The notes beneath the pieces were generated by a model. It ran no database searches and had not been told where the DNA came from. It saw only the letters and a list, made by a program, of their open reading frames with translations. Source: a virus. Taken from it: DNA of 64,000 nucleotides. The translations under genes were made by a program, and so were the position numbers. The stretch lies in IMG/VR virus record IMGVR_UViG_3300042975_000098. The stretch is one strand, 5' to 3'. Numbering within the stretch: the first letter of the stretch is position 1; each line of letters begins with the position of its first letter. Positions 17,003-25,805 of this stretch are shown here, piece after piece.

Positions 17003-17149
17003 CGATGATCACCCGGAACCTGCGCTGCGGCCGCGTTCCGTTAGCGGCATGGGAACCTGGTGATCCATACCATGCACTGCGTCCCCGTTGGGCGGCAAGC
17101 GCCGCCCGCGCAGCATACCGACCGGAGCTCAGGGACGGCTCCGGTCACT

Positions 17150-17220
17150 GCGGATGTGGTTCAACGGCAGAACTGCGGCTTCCCAAGTCGCCGGCGCGGG
17201 TTCGACCCCCGCCATCCGCT
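17150..17220 (+). tRNA. tRNA-Gly(CCC)
   Basis: GCGGC-ttCCCaa-GTCGC. Confidence 0.92.
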
Positions 17221-17232
17221 CGCATCGGTCAT

Positions 17233-17305
17233 GCTCCCGTGGCCCAGTGGTCAGGGCGCCTCGCTTACACCGAGGACATCATGGGTTCGAATCCCATCGG
17301 GAGCA
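17233..17305 (+). tRNA. tRNA-Val(TAC)
   Basis: CCTCG-ctTACac-CGAGG. Confidence 0.92.
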
Positions 17306-17316
17306 CGATCGCTCAC

Positions 17317-17392
17317 GGGGATGTGGCTCAACAGGTAGGGCATCTCGCCAGCAACGAGAAGGCAGCGGGTTCGACCCCCGCCATCTCCACCA
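17317..17392 (+). tRNA. tRNA-Ala(AGC), A34, C33, CCA encoded
   Basis: G3.U70, TCTCG-ccAGCaa-CGAGA. Confidence 0.88.
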
Positions 17393-17510
17393 CGCCGACG
17401 ACCAGCCGTCGATCGAAACCGGTTCGATGGCGTTCGGCGTCATGTATGCGCGCCCGCGGGAATCACACCGTCCGCGCGCGCCCGCGATCGGCTACGGAAC
17501 CCGATCACAT

Positions 17511-17583
17511 GCCCGCATAGCTCAACCGGCAGAGCGGCGCTCTCGTAAAGCGCAGGTACGCGGTTCGACACCGCGTGCGGGCT
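17511..17583 (+). tRNA. tRNA-Thr(CGT)
   Basis: GCGCT-ctCGTaa-AGCGC. Confidence 0.92.
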
Positions 17584-17651
17584 CGATGGCATCGATGACA
17601 CGATGTCGTTCGCCATCGGCGGTCGGCTCCACGCCGGCCATCGATGGCATC

Positions 17652-17724
17652 GTCCGCGTGGCGCAGTTGGCAGCGCGCCTGCATGACCCGCAGGTGGTCC
17701 GTGGTTCGATTCCACGCGCGGACA
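17652..17724 (+). tRNA. tRNA-Val(GAC)
   Basis: CCTGC-atGACcc-GCAGG. Confidence 0.88.
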
Positions 17725-17760
17725 CTGCTCGGCGATGATTTCGCAGGTCGCCGAGAATAT

Positions 17761-17833
17761 CGTGGCGTAGCTCAGTTGGCAGAGCACCCGGCTCATAACC
17801 GGGAGGGGGATGGTTCGATCCCATCCGCCACGA
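17761..17833 (+). tRNA. tRNA-Met(CAT)
   Basis: CCCGG-ctCATaa-CCGGG; paired C1-G72. Confidence 0.88.
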
Positions 17834-17869
17834 CGACGCTCGCGGTCTAATCGTCGACCGTCAACACAC

Positions 17870-17942
17870 TGTCCGATGGTGAAACTGGCATCACGCCCGG
17901 CCCTGAACCGGGAGACTGCAGGTTCGAATCCTGCTCGGACAA
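17870..17942 (+). tRNA. tRNA-Gln(CTG), C33
   Basis: CCCGG-ccCTGaa-CCGGG; U1-A72. Confidence 0.88.
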
Positions 17943-17962
17943 CGACCTGGTATAATGCCAGC

Positions 17963-18391
17963 ATGGCTAACAAGAAGACGACGTTATCGTTGATCGCCGC
18001 GCTGGCGGCGGTCATCATCCTGTATTTCGTACCGCAGGGCGCGTCATACCTCACCTCGCACATAGGATTCCTTCGACCGGTGCAGACCGGTGTGGAATCC
18101 ACGAGCGCGTTGGCTCTGCGCAACGGCGTCATGGTCGGCAAGGCCACGCTGACGACGGACTCGCCCGGCAGCGGCAAGACGGTGACCGTGAACATGGAAC
18201 TGTACCGTAACGGCGGCAAGGTGCGCGAATGCTCGCAGGCGTCGTACCCGTTGTCATCATCGCGAACGAACGTCATCGTCAACTGCGGTATGGCCGACGG
18301 CGTGAAGGCCGGTCGCAGTGGCGGGTACACGGTCAAGGTCATCAAGGCCCGCGTGATATCGATGCCATCCGGTGACAGTAGCAATGATTAA
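17963..18391 (+). CDS. Hypothetical exported protein (leaderless)
   Basis: TATAAT-N6-ATG; N-terminal hydrophobic signal or anchor; two Cys. Confidence 0.75.
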   Translation: MANKKTTLSLIAALAAVIILYFVPQGASYLTSHIGFLRPVQTGVESTSALALRNGVMVGKATLTTDSPGSGKTVTVNMELYRNGGKVRECSQASYPLSSSRTNVIVNCGMADGVKAGRSGGYTVKVIKARVISMPSGDSSND

Positions 18392-18432
18392 CGACTTGCC
18401 GGCGCCGGTCATCGGCCGACGCCGGTTCCCTT

Positions 18433-18505
18433 GGGGATGTAGCTCAACTGGTAGAGCGCCTCGTCCGCAACGAGGAGGCAGTGGGTTCGACCCCCATCAT
18501 CTCCA
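18433..18505 (+). tRNA. tRNA-Ala(CGC), C33
   Basis: G3.U70, CCTCG-tcCGCaa-CGAGG. Confidence 0.88.
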
Positions 18506-18580
18506 CTCCGCCCGCATCCGAATGTTGATGCTGGCGGCGCGCCGCCAGCGAGGGCGCGAACGATGTGATATGATGTACTT

Positions 18581-18669
18581 GGATGGGATTGCAACTCGGT
18601 GAATGCTAATCGGTTTGCTAAACCGGTGCGGCCGCAAGACCGCCGTGGGTTCGACTCCCACCCCATCCG
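18581..18669 (+). tRNA. tRNA-Ser(GCT)
   Basis: ttGCTaa loop, long variable arm, G73. Confidence 0.88.
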
Positions 18670-18761
18670 CGGGCGCCTAACGCACAGAAGCGCCGTAACA
18701 ACCCGAGTGCATAGTCAGCAGCCGCGGGCGATGATGATCATCGCCGGCGATTGGTGGCACC

Positions 18762-18836
18762 GCCTTCGTAGCTCAACGGATTAGAGCACCGGTCCTCGGA
18801 ACCGGGTTGTAGTGGGTTCGACACCCACCGGGGGCA
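18762..18836 (+). tRNA. tRNA-Arg(TCG), C33
   Basis: CCGGT-ccTCGga-ACCGG. Confidence 0.87.
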
Positions 18837-18907
18837 CGTCGCGGGGCGGCCGACTGGTCGCACCCGATTGGCCGCGGTCGTCCGTTCGCTGGCGATCGCT
18901 GCCCATG

Positions 18908-18978
18908 TGGTCCATAGCTCAATGGCAGAGCGACGGCTTGTGGCGCCGTATATCCGGGTTCGATCCCCGGTGGTCCAA
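18908..18978 (+). tRNA. tRNA-His(GTG)
   Basis: ACGGC-ttGTGgc-GCCGT; G-1 present at 18907 but position 73 is A. Confidence 0.85.
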
Positions 18979-18980
18979 CT

Positions 18981-19054
18981 CGCGGGGTAGAGCAGTTCGG
19001 TAGCTCGCCGGCCTCATAAGCCGGAGGTCACGGGTTCGAATCCCGTCCCCGCCA
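18981..19054 (+). tRNA. Initiator-like tRNA-fMet(CAT)
   Basis: CGCGGGG start, unpaired C1, GAGC/GCTC D stem; anticodon stem GGC/GCC instead of GGG/CCC. Confidence 0.88.
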
Positions 19055-19085
19055 CGATAAGCCGGTTCGTCCGGCGATTCAACAT

Positions 19086-19156
19086 GCTGGGATAGCCAAG
19101 CGGCAGGGCGACGGTCTGCAAAACCGTACAGGCGGGTTCGACTCCCGTTCCCAGTT
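19086..19156 (+). tRNA. tRNA-Cys(GCA)
   Basis: ACGGT-ctGCAaa-ACCGT, U73. Confidence 0.92.
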
Positions 19157-19195
19157 CGGATGCGACCGTCGGCATCGTCGGCGATCACGTTCATT

Positions 19196-19266
19196 TGCCC
19201 ATTCGTCCATTGGCAGGACGGGAGCCTTTGGTGCTCCAGAAGGTGGTTCGATCCCATCATGGGCAG
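19196..19266 (+). tRNA. tRNA-Gln(TTG)
   Basis: GGAGC-ctTTGgt-GCTCC. Confidence 0.92.
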
Positions 19267-19267
19267 C

Positions 19268-19340
19268 GCGCCGGTAGCTCACTGGATAGAGCGCCCGTCT
19301 ACGGAGCGGGAGGTCGTGGGTTCGAATCCCACTCGGCGCA
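19268..19340 (+). tRNA. tRNA-Arg(ACG)
   Basis: CCCGT-ctACGga-GCGGG. Confidence 0.93.
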
Positions 19341-19485
19341 CTCGGGTTCATTTCGGAGCCACAAGTACTGGGTCGCCGAATGGCGGTAACGAGGGTCGGC
19401 ATCGGTTGCCGGCCGTTCGCTAGGATTCCTTTGTCGTGGTGAACCTGACCGCCCCGTCGAACCGATCGGCGGGGTCTTTCCTTAT

Positions 19486-19561
19486 GGTCCGGCGGTGTGC
19501 GGGGATTCGCGCATACGCGACCTTCAATCGCGTGGTTCGGGTTCGATTCCCGATCGGACTA
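19486..19561 (+). tRNA. tRNA-Glu(TTC), C33, atypical D arm
   Basis: CGCGA-ccTTCaa-TCGCG; GGTCCGG/TCGGACT. Confidence 0.75.
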
Positions 19562-19588
19562 CGATTTTCCATACGATATTAACCGCTC

Positions 19589-20152
19589 ATGACCGATGAG
19601 CAAGCAAACAGCGATGACGTTGACGATGCCGATGGCCTCTGGCCGTCGACCGCTGGCGACGGCGTTCCACCGGCGGTCACGGAGTCCATAGCCAAACACA
19701 AGGCGCTGGCGGTTACACGCCGGGGGCGGATGCGGTTCAGAAGATGCATGAGCACGTTGAAATGGAATCGCTGGTTCAGCACGCGCGACATCACACGCGC
19801 CTATGTCCGCAATGATGGTCGAACCCTGGTGTTCCTCAGCGTGATGTACGCCGGCGTCGGTCTCACGTCGCTCGTATGCGGGCACGGCGTCATCAGAATC
19901 GCGTTCAGCGTGGCATTCCTCCTTGGCGCTCCGGTGGCGTTCCTGCTGGGGCGGGGCTCGTTGGCGGCCGCGTGCGATACGGCCGATGACGCCACGCTCA
20001 TGGACATGGCGCTGAAGCTCGCATGGGCCACCACATGGGAGCGTCTTCGCATGCTCCGCGTCACCGGCGCCGGCGATGACGGGAGCGAACACGCCGCCGA
20101 TGGCATCAAGCCGCCGGCGGACGACGGGCGGCGGCGAGAACCGTTATCATGA
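19589..20152 (+). CDS. Hypothetical membrane protein
   Basis: Two hydrophobic segments; CGATATT-N8-ATG upstream. Confidence 0.65.
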   Translation: MTDEQANSDDVDDADGLWPSTAGDGVPPAVTESIAKHKALAVTRRGRMRFRRCMSTLKWNRWFSTRDITRAYVRNDGRTLVFLSVMYAGVGLTSLVCGHGVIRIAFSVAFLLGAPVAFLLGRGSLAAACDTADDATLMDMALKLAWATTWERLRMLRVTGAGDDGSEHAADGIKPPADDGRRREPLS

Positions 20153-20246
20153 TGCGATCGGCGGCGACACGCCGGCGGAATCGATGTCGATATTCGTGGT
20201 ATACTTCTGTATGGTCGCGGGAACGTGATCATTGATAATCGAACAG

Positions 20247-20320
20247 GCCCGTGTAGCTCATCTGGATAGAGCGTTTTCCCCCTAAGAAAAAGGCAGTCGG
20301 TTCGAGTCCGACCGCGGGCA
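20247..20320 (+). tRNA. tRNA-Arg(CCT), C33
   Basis: TTTTC-ccCCTaa-GAAAA. Confidence 0.87.
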
Positions 20321-20391
20321 CGATTACGGTGGCGACACCGTGATCAACGTCGGCGCGGGTCCGCCCTTCATGGGCACCCCGTCGGCACCTC

Positions 20392-20465
20392 GCCTCCGTG
20401 GCCTAACTGGATAAGGTTGTGAGCCTCTACCTCACCGATTGTGGGTTCGAGTCCCACCGGGGGCA
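20392..20465 (+). tRNA. tRNA-Arg(TCT), C33
   Basis: GTGAG-ccTCTac-CTCAC. Confidence 0.87.
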
Positions 20466-20505
20466 CAGTGATTTGCGGATCATCGTCATTCAGGAGACCC
20501 GCAAC

Positions 20506-20576
20506 GCCCGATTAGCTCAATGGGAGAGCAACCGCCCTGTAAGCGGTGGACGTCGGTTCGATACCGGCATCGGGCT
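20506..20576 (+). tRNA. tRNA-Thr(TGT), C33
   Basis: ACCGC-ccTGTaa-GCGGT. Confidence 0.87.
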
Positions 20577-20781
20577 CGTGGACGGCGTGAACGTGATGCG
20601 CCCCGTGGTACCCGGGGAGCGCGATCGCGATCGCCGTCAACATGGGGGTTGACAGGCCGGATGCGTTGTCGAACGTTACTTCTTGCAACGAAAAAACACG
20701 TTCGACGGGTTTTTCACCGGCACGACCCCAACGCATAAGCCATCGATCGGCAGCGAGAGCCACCGATCGACGGCCGTCCCT

Positions 20782-20820
20782 GACCCGCGCGGACCTCATC
20801 GTCCGCGCGGGTCTTTTTTA
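20782..20820 (+). terminator. Intrinsic terminator closing the tRNA array
   Basis: GACCCGCGCGGAC/GTCCGCGCGGGTC 13-bp stem followed by a T tract. Confidence 0.9.
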
Positions 20821-21029
20821 TTGCACTGGCGACTGGAACCCACCGGTACCGTTCGATGGAGGCGAGTTTCCAAGTATGAGCCGACTGGAAGCGTTCCATA
20901 CGAACTCGCTCGGCGCTTGGGGGTCCGCTATGGGCGTGACCGGTCGGCGATCGCCCGCGGCCCATGTATCATGGAACCTACGGGTTCCCTATATTCACAG
21001 TACGAGCAACGGGCCAGGGAGGATTCGAC

Positions 21030-21476
21030 ATGAGCGACATCACGATACGAGGCAATGAGGTGGAGATCGATCTGAGGGGAATGAGGAGCATCGTCGCGCT
21101 GCGTCGACGCGTGACGTTCAGGCGATCGGATATCGCCAGCGTTACGCCGCCGACCGCGACCGACAGGCGGCGGTTCCGCCGGCTGGTCGACGAACGACAC
21201 GTCAGGCTCGGCGGCGCCAAAGTACCCGGTCATTACATGGGCGGCACATTCGTTAACGTCAGCGCGCCCGCCGGTCGGCGTTTCGAGTTCTGGGACGTGG
21301 ATGACATGGACCGAACGGTGGTCATACGACTCAGGAACGGCCACTACTCGACCGTGTACGTCACCGTCGAAAGGATCGCCAGCGCGGGCGACGAGACCGG
21401 TTCCGAGAGTATGGTCCGCGTCGGCAGGAACGGTAGCGGGATGGACAAGGCGATTGCGATTCTGTTAGATCAGTAA
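21030..21476 (+). CDS. Hypothetical protein (bacterial PH-like fold suspected)
   Basis: GGAGG RBS before ATG 21030; coding-like GC3 pattern. Confidence 0.6.
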   Translation: MSDITIRGNEVEIDLRGMRSIVALRRRVTFRRSDIASVTPPTATDRRRFRRLVDERHVRLGGAKVPGHYMGGTFVNVSAPAGRRFEFWDVDDMDRTVVIRLRNGHYSTVYVTVERIASAGDETGSESMVRVGRNGSGMDKAIAILLDQ

Positions 21477-21496
21477 GGAGCGATCGGAGGCGTGAC

Positions 21497-23173
21497 ATGG
21501 CGGCGAAATGGCATATCAGCAAGGATGGAATCCCACGAAAATGCGACGCCAAGGTGCAGTGCCCCCTCGGCGCGGGCACGCCGCACTACCCGACGTTGGC
21601 CGCCGCGCTGAATGCCGCCGAGGAGGCGGCGAGGGAAACGGCGCCCGCGAGCGCGCCGCTGACGAAATCGCAGACCGCCGGCGCAGAGGCCGGCGGCGAT
21701 GTCATCGATGAGAGCACGCGAATCACCACGCTGCTCACGGCGCGCATCCCGTTGGCGGATGACCGCAAGGGCAAGGTGCCGGCGATCAAGCCGGATGACC
21801 TTCCCTATCAGGTCGTGTCGAAGCTCGGACGGTATTTGGAGGCCAACTTCGACGGTGATGCCGAGCAGACGAGCGCGCAGGCGCTGACCGACCTGTTCCA
21901 CGCGAACGGTCTGCGTCGCGTCGACGGGTCGGACGACCCGCAGGTGGCCCATCTTCTTGATAACTATGAGTGGCGTAACGGTTCGCGGCCGCTCGCGTTC
22001 GTCGACGATGACAACGCCGTGTACGTCGTCTGCCTTGGCAAGACCCCGCAGAGAGCGTTGAAGGCGAACGCGCGGTTCGTCAGATCGAACCGCAGTGTCC
22101 ACTCCGTGTCGTTCGCGCAGCTGCTGGCGACGCGCGAGGCCATGTCCGGCATCGATTTCACCGTGATACCCGACGAGGAGCGACGCAAGGACATGGAGGA
22201 TCGGGTTCGGACGACGCTGCTCAACAAGGTGAAGTTCGGGTATTACACGGGCAACAACATGGTGATGGACGACGAACTCGACACCACGGGTCTGGCTGAT
22301 TACCTTGGCCACGAACCGCCCAGCGACCCGCGGGCGCTTCTCCAAGCATATGATACGGCGATCGCCGACATGAACGCGAAGGGCGGCGGAGGGAGCAGGA
22401 CAGGCACGCGGTCGCTCCGCGTCGAACGCGACCGGGCCGAACGCCACATCGTGCGGCCGGCGGACAAGGCGATGGAATCCATGGCCAACATCCTTGATGA
22501 CGAGCGTAACGGAGAGATGAACCGCGCTTACGCGCAACGCGCCAACAACGCCCACTCCGCCACCGTGTACGAGGATAAGAAGAACATGGATGACGAGCAC
22601 GTCCGCGCCGGCAGGGCCAGCGCGTTCGCCCGCGATTTCGGGCACATCGAGGTCGATGACAGCGTGGATCTCGGCAAGTTCAAGGCGATATCGGATGAGT
22701 ACGGCACGTACTCGGCGATGCTGCCCAAGCAGCGCGTGACCGCCGACTTCAGGTTCCGTAAGACCGGGCGGCATCACGCCACCGGCGTGTACACGCCAGC
22801 CGTCAGGAACATCGCAGTGGATCCCCGCTCGCCGTCATCGTTCACGCACGAGTACATGCATCATCTCGATTTCACGGATAAGCCCGGCATGCAGCTGTCC
22901 ATGACCCCGGGTTTCAGGGGAATCGTCCGCGATTATTCCAAGAAGCTTGATCGGAGCAAGGCGGCGGGAACGGACATCAGCAATTACATCGCGCCGACCG
23001 AAGTGTTCGCGCGCGCCGGCGAACTGTGGATGCATTGGAGCCACCCGAATGCGAAGACGTCATTCCTGCAGACCGATGACGAGTATTCCAAGCAATTCGA
23101 CTACGCGCCGCTGCTCGCCCATAAGCAGGAGATCATGGACCTGTTCGGATCCATGTTCGGAGGGAAGAGCTAG
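21497..23173 (+). CDS. Polyvalent-type protein: Cys/His leader plus C-terminal zincin-like metallopeptidase
   Basis: HISKDG..RKCDAKVQCPLG.G..HY leader; GVYTP...FTHEYMHHLD (HExxH) ...PTEVFARA. Confidence 0.7.
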   Translation: MAAKWHISKDGIPRKCDAKVQCPLGAGTPHYPTLAAALNAAEEAARETAPASAPLTKSQTAGAEAGGDVIDESTRITTLLTARIPLADDRKGKVPAIKPDDLPYQVVSKLGRYLEANFDGDAEQTSAQALTDLFHANGLRRVDGSDDPQVAHLLDNYEWRNGSRPLAFVDDDNAVYVVCLGKTPQRALKANARFVRSNRSVHSVSFAQLLATREAMSGIDFTVIPDEERRKDMEDRVRTTLLNKVKFGYYTGNNMVMDDELDTTGLADYLGHEPPSDPRALLQAYDTAIADMNAKGGGGSRTGTRSLRVERDRAERHIVRPADKAMESMANILDDERNGEMNRAYAQRANNAHSATVYEDKKNMDDEHVRAGRASAFARDFGHIEVDDSVDLGKFKAISDEYGTYSAMLPKQRVTADFRFRKTGRHHATGVYTPAVRNIAVDPRSPSSFTHEYMHHLDFTDKPGMQLSMTPGFRGIVRDYSKKLDRSKAAGTDISNYIAPTEVFARAGELWMHWSHPNAKTSFLQTDDEYSKQFDYAPLLAHKQEIMDLFGSMFGGKS

Positions 23174-23256
23174 GGGATCTACCGGGTCCATGTTCCCGTT
23201 GACGCCGCCGACCTCGGTATCGACAGTCGTCGGCGGCAACGTGCTATCATGAAAGC

Positions 23257-24296
23257 ATGAACAACACAAGGATATGGATAATCGTCAACGGGGTGTACGA
23301 TGATGACGGGTATTATCCCGGCGACCCGCTGCTCGATGCGACCGGCAGGACCATATGGTTCGATGATGGCGATGCCGCCGGCGACGTCGCCAAACGACTA
23401 TCGGCGCGGTCACGCGAGGCGTTCAGGCGCACCGCAGGTGATTGGGTTCAAAGCGCTTCTATGGTGATTCACCAATCACATACCAGGCGATGGAGGTCGG
23501 GCGGCTGGCGGCGGACCCCAGCGGCGACGAAATCGTCGACGAGATCACCGGTATCAATGCCGACCGATGGCCATACGGCATGGACATTGACGCGCATGAG
23601 CATGTGCTCATTGAAGAGGCGCGCCGACGATTCCTCGACTCACCCGAGCATGACGCCATCATCAAACAGTTCCGCGATTACTGCGCGCCAAGCGTGAAGG
23701 CATTGCGCGTCGATTACCCGGATATCAAGGATGACGATTTCACCGTCATGTTCCCCAACGATCATGACGTCACCATCGAGTATGACCCGTTGCGATCCGG
23801 CTATTCCATCTGCGTCGCCACCGTGGCCAACCCGGCGGGCGGCTCGCCGGCGATCACGGACACCCAGTCGACGGACCCAATGGATTACGTCGACGAGGCC
23901 GACATGTGCGCCGAGGGCCGGCATGACTGGACGGACGATGACTCGCCAAGCGCCTACGCCGACTGGAGGGCGAGACGCGCGGCCAGGACGCTGGGCGTGA
24001 CCATCGGCGAGACCATACCGATCAGTGCCGGTGCCGGCTTCCACATGGCCGGCACCGTTTACGTCGATGATGGCGGCGCGATCAAGTTCGACGCATTCGA
24101 TGATGAAGAGGCCGGTGGATGGGAGGCTGGCGTCATGTTCCGCGACGGTGACCGTTGGTGCGTGGTGTTCCATGATTTCGCCGCCGCTCCGGGCACAGGC
24201 GGAACCGCCGATGAGGCGATAGCCGCGTTCCTGCTGCGCAATGGCGACAGCAAGGCGCTGGGCCCCGCGCGAGATTCACACAGGTGCGACAGTTGA
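23257..24296 (+). pseudogene. Hypothetical gene apparently split by a frameshift near 23445
   Basis: Leaderless start at 23257; acidic coding frame continues in ORF 23442-24296. Confidence 0.5.
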
Positions 24297-24799
24297 GCGG
24301 CGTCGATGATGACGACGATCGCCCGCGAACCGGCGTGTACTCGTGGGATGAGTCGTTCATGCTCATGGCGCTGGCGATCGCCGGCAGGTCGAAGGACCCT
24401 CGCACGCAGGTCGGCGCGGTGTTCGTGAACGCCGATCACCGCGTCATGAGCGTCGGCTATAACGGCGCGCCGCGCGGACTGCCTGACGCGGACATGCACT
24501 GGCGGCGTCACGCCGACGATCCCGCGTTGACGAAGTACCCGTATGTCATTCATGCGGAGCGTAACGCGATTCTGAACTACCGGGGACTATTGTCTGATTT
24601 CCTCGGTTCGACCCTGTACGTGACCTTGTTCCCCTGCCATGAGTGCGCGAAGTCGCTGGCGCAGATCGGCGTCGGCCGCGTGGCGTGGCTGAACGGTCCG
24701 CGACACGCCGATGACGCCGCGGTGGCGATGGATCTTCTGAAGTGGGCCGGGACGGCCGTCGACGCCGCCGCCATCGATATTCCCCCTGCATCACGATGA
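24284..24799 (+). CDS. dCMP deaminase (ComEB/CDA family)
   Basis: WDESFM.MA...RSKDP.TQVGA, GYNG, HAERNAI, TLFPCHECAK. Confidence 0.92.
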   Translation: MRQLSGVDDDDDRPRTGVYSWDESFMLMALAIAGRSKDPRTQVGAVFVNADHRVMSVGYNGAPRGLPDADMHWRRHADDPALTKYPYVIHAERNAILNYRGLLSDFLGSTLYVTLFPCHECAKSLAQIGVGRVAWLNGPRHADDAAVAMDLLKWAGTAVDAAAIDIPPASR

Positions 24800-24812
24800 G
24801 GGAGGTTCGCGC

Positions 24813-25247
24813 ATGAGAATCGTCATGAGGGTGCTCGGCATACTGGTGGCTTCGCTGCTGGTCATGGCCGTAGCGTTGAACGCGGCGGGGTATGGCATTC
24901 CCGGCTACCATACCCTGTACGCCTACGTCCATGACGTGAGCCCTGAGCGCGAGCCGGTTCGACTCGCCAGCGAGACCACGACGGTGACGGCGAAGGACAA
25001 CGGCTACGGCACGCAGCCATACGCCGAGAACATCCTCGTGAACGATTCGGATGAGAGGTATCTGATCCTTCGCATCGGGTTCGACGCCTACGGGTCGCCG
25101 GATTACAAGACCGGATCGTGCTCGCAGACGTTCATCAACGTGAAACCGCACTCGAGGATGAGGGTGATGGCGTTGTGCGCCGGCGGCGGCATCACGTCGA
25201 ACCGTGACGTGACGCTGATCGAGAAACCAAGGATATACGGGTACTGA
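24813..25247 (+). CDS. Hypothetical exported protein
   Basis: GGAGG RBS, signal peptide-like N-terminus. Confidence 0.7.
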   Translation: MRIVMRVLGILVASLLVMAVALNAAGYGIPGYHTLYAYVHDVSPEREPVRLASETTTVTAKDNGYGTQPYAENILVNDSDERYLILRIGFDAYGSPDYKTGSCSQTFINVKPHSRMRVMALCAGGGITSNRDVTLIEKPRIYGY

Positions 25248-25354
25248 TCGGCGGCGATCGCCGCCGCCCGCCGCCGATGATGACGCGCGGCCGGGGACGA
25301 TTCCGCGCGTTCCGATCAAACTTATAGAAAATAACTAAGGAAGCGGTAAAACCA

Positions 25355-25730
25355 ATGAGAACCACGCTTATGATCGTATTCGCCCTGCTGGCGGTCGCCG
25401 AGATGGCCACGGGCGTCATCACCACCGAGAACCACCGGCCGCAGATCAAGCACGTCGCGGATGCGTGCGGGTTCCTGGCGTTCGCCCTCGCGGCCGGCGT
25501 ATGGCCGGCGTCATCGTGGGCGGGCGTCGGCGCGCTGATCCTCGGGTGCGCCGGCATCGTCGCCGGCGTGTTCCTCGCGTCCTCGGACGAGAGGGCCGCC
25601 GCCGCCGACAAGCGCCGGCTGGGAGGAGAGCGAGGCCAACGCGATGCTGACGGGCGCGAACATGGACATGGTGCGCGCCGAGGCCACCCGACTGGTCGAG
25701 CAGGAGTCGGCGCGCGGCCGGAACCGTTGA
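25355..25730 (+). pseudogene. Small membrane protein, copy 1 (frameshift near 25620)
   Basis: Differs from the intact copy 29881-30255 by a 1-nt insertion. Confidence 0.65.
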
Positions 25731-25805
25731 GCAGTATGACATCCACGCCCCCGACATCTGTTAGATGACTGTCGTAACAGAGAACGGGCAGGATCGGAGC
25801 ATGTG

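Noticed and set aside
16315-20320. Amber suppressor (CTA) readings of the tRNAs at 16315 and 20247, implying stop-codon recoding
   Set aside because: Correct stem register gives TAA and CCT; TAG terminates many genes here (dnaX, ftsH, tmRNA tag)
20644-20730. Firm 6S or SRP RNA call
   Set aside because: Too short for 6S and lacks the SRP domain IV loop motif
9538-20800. Dozens of short ORFs listed across the tRNA array
   Set aside because: They overlap tRNAs or ncRNAs and lack coding signatures; only the macro, TnpB remnant, 17963 and 19589 ORFs were kept
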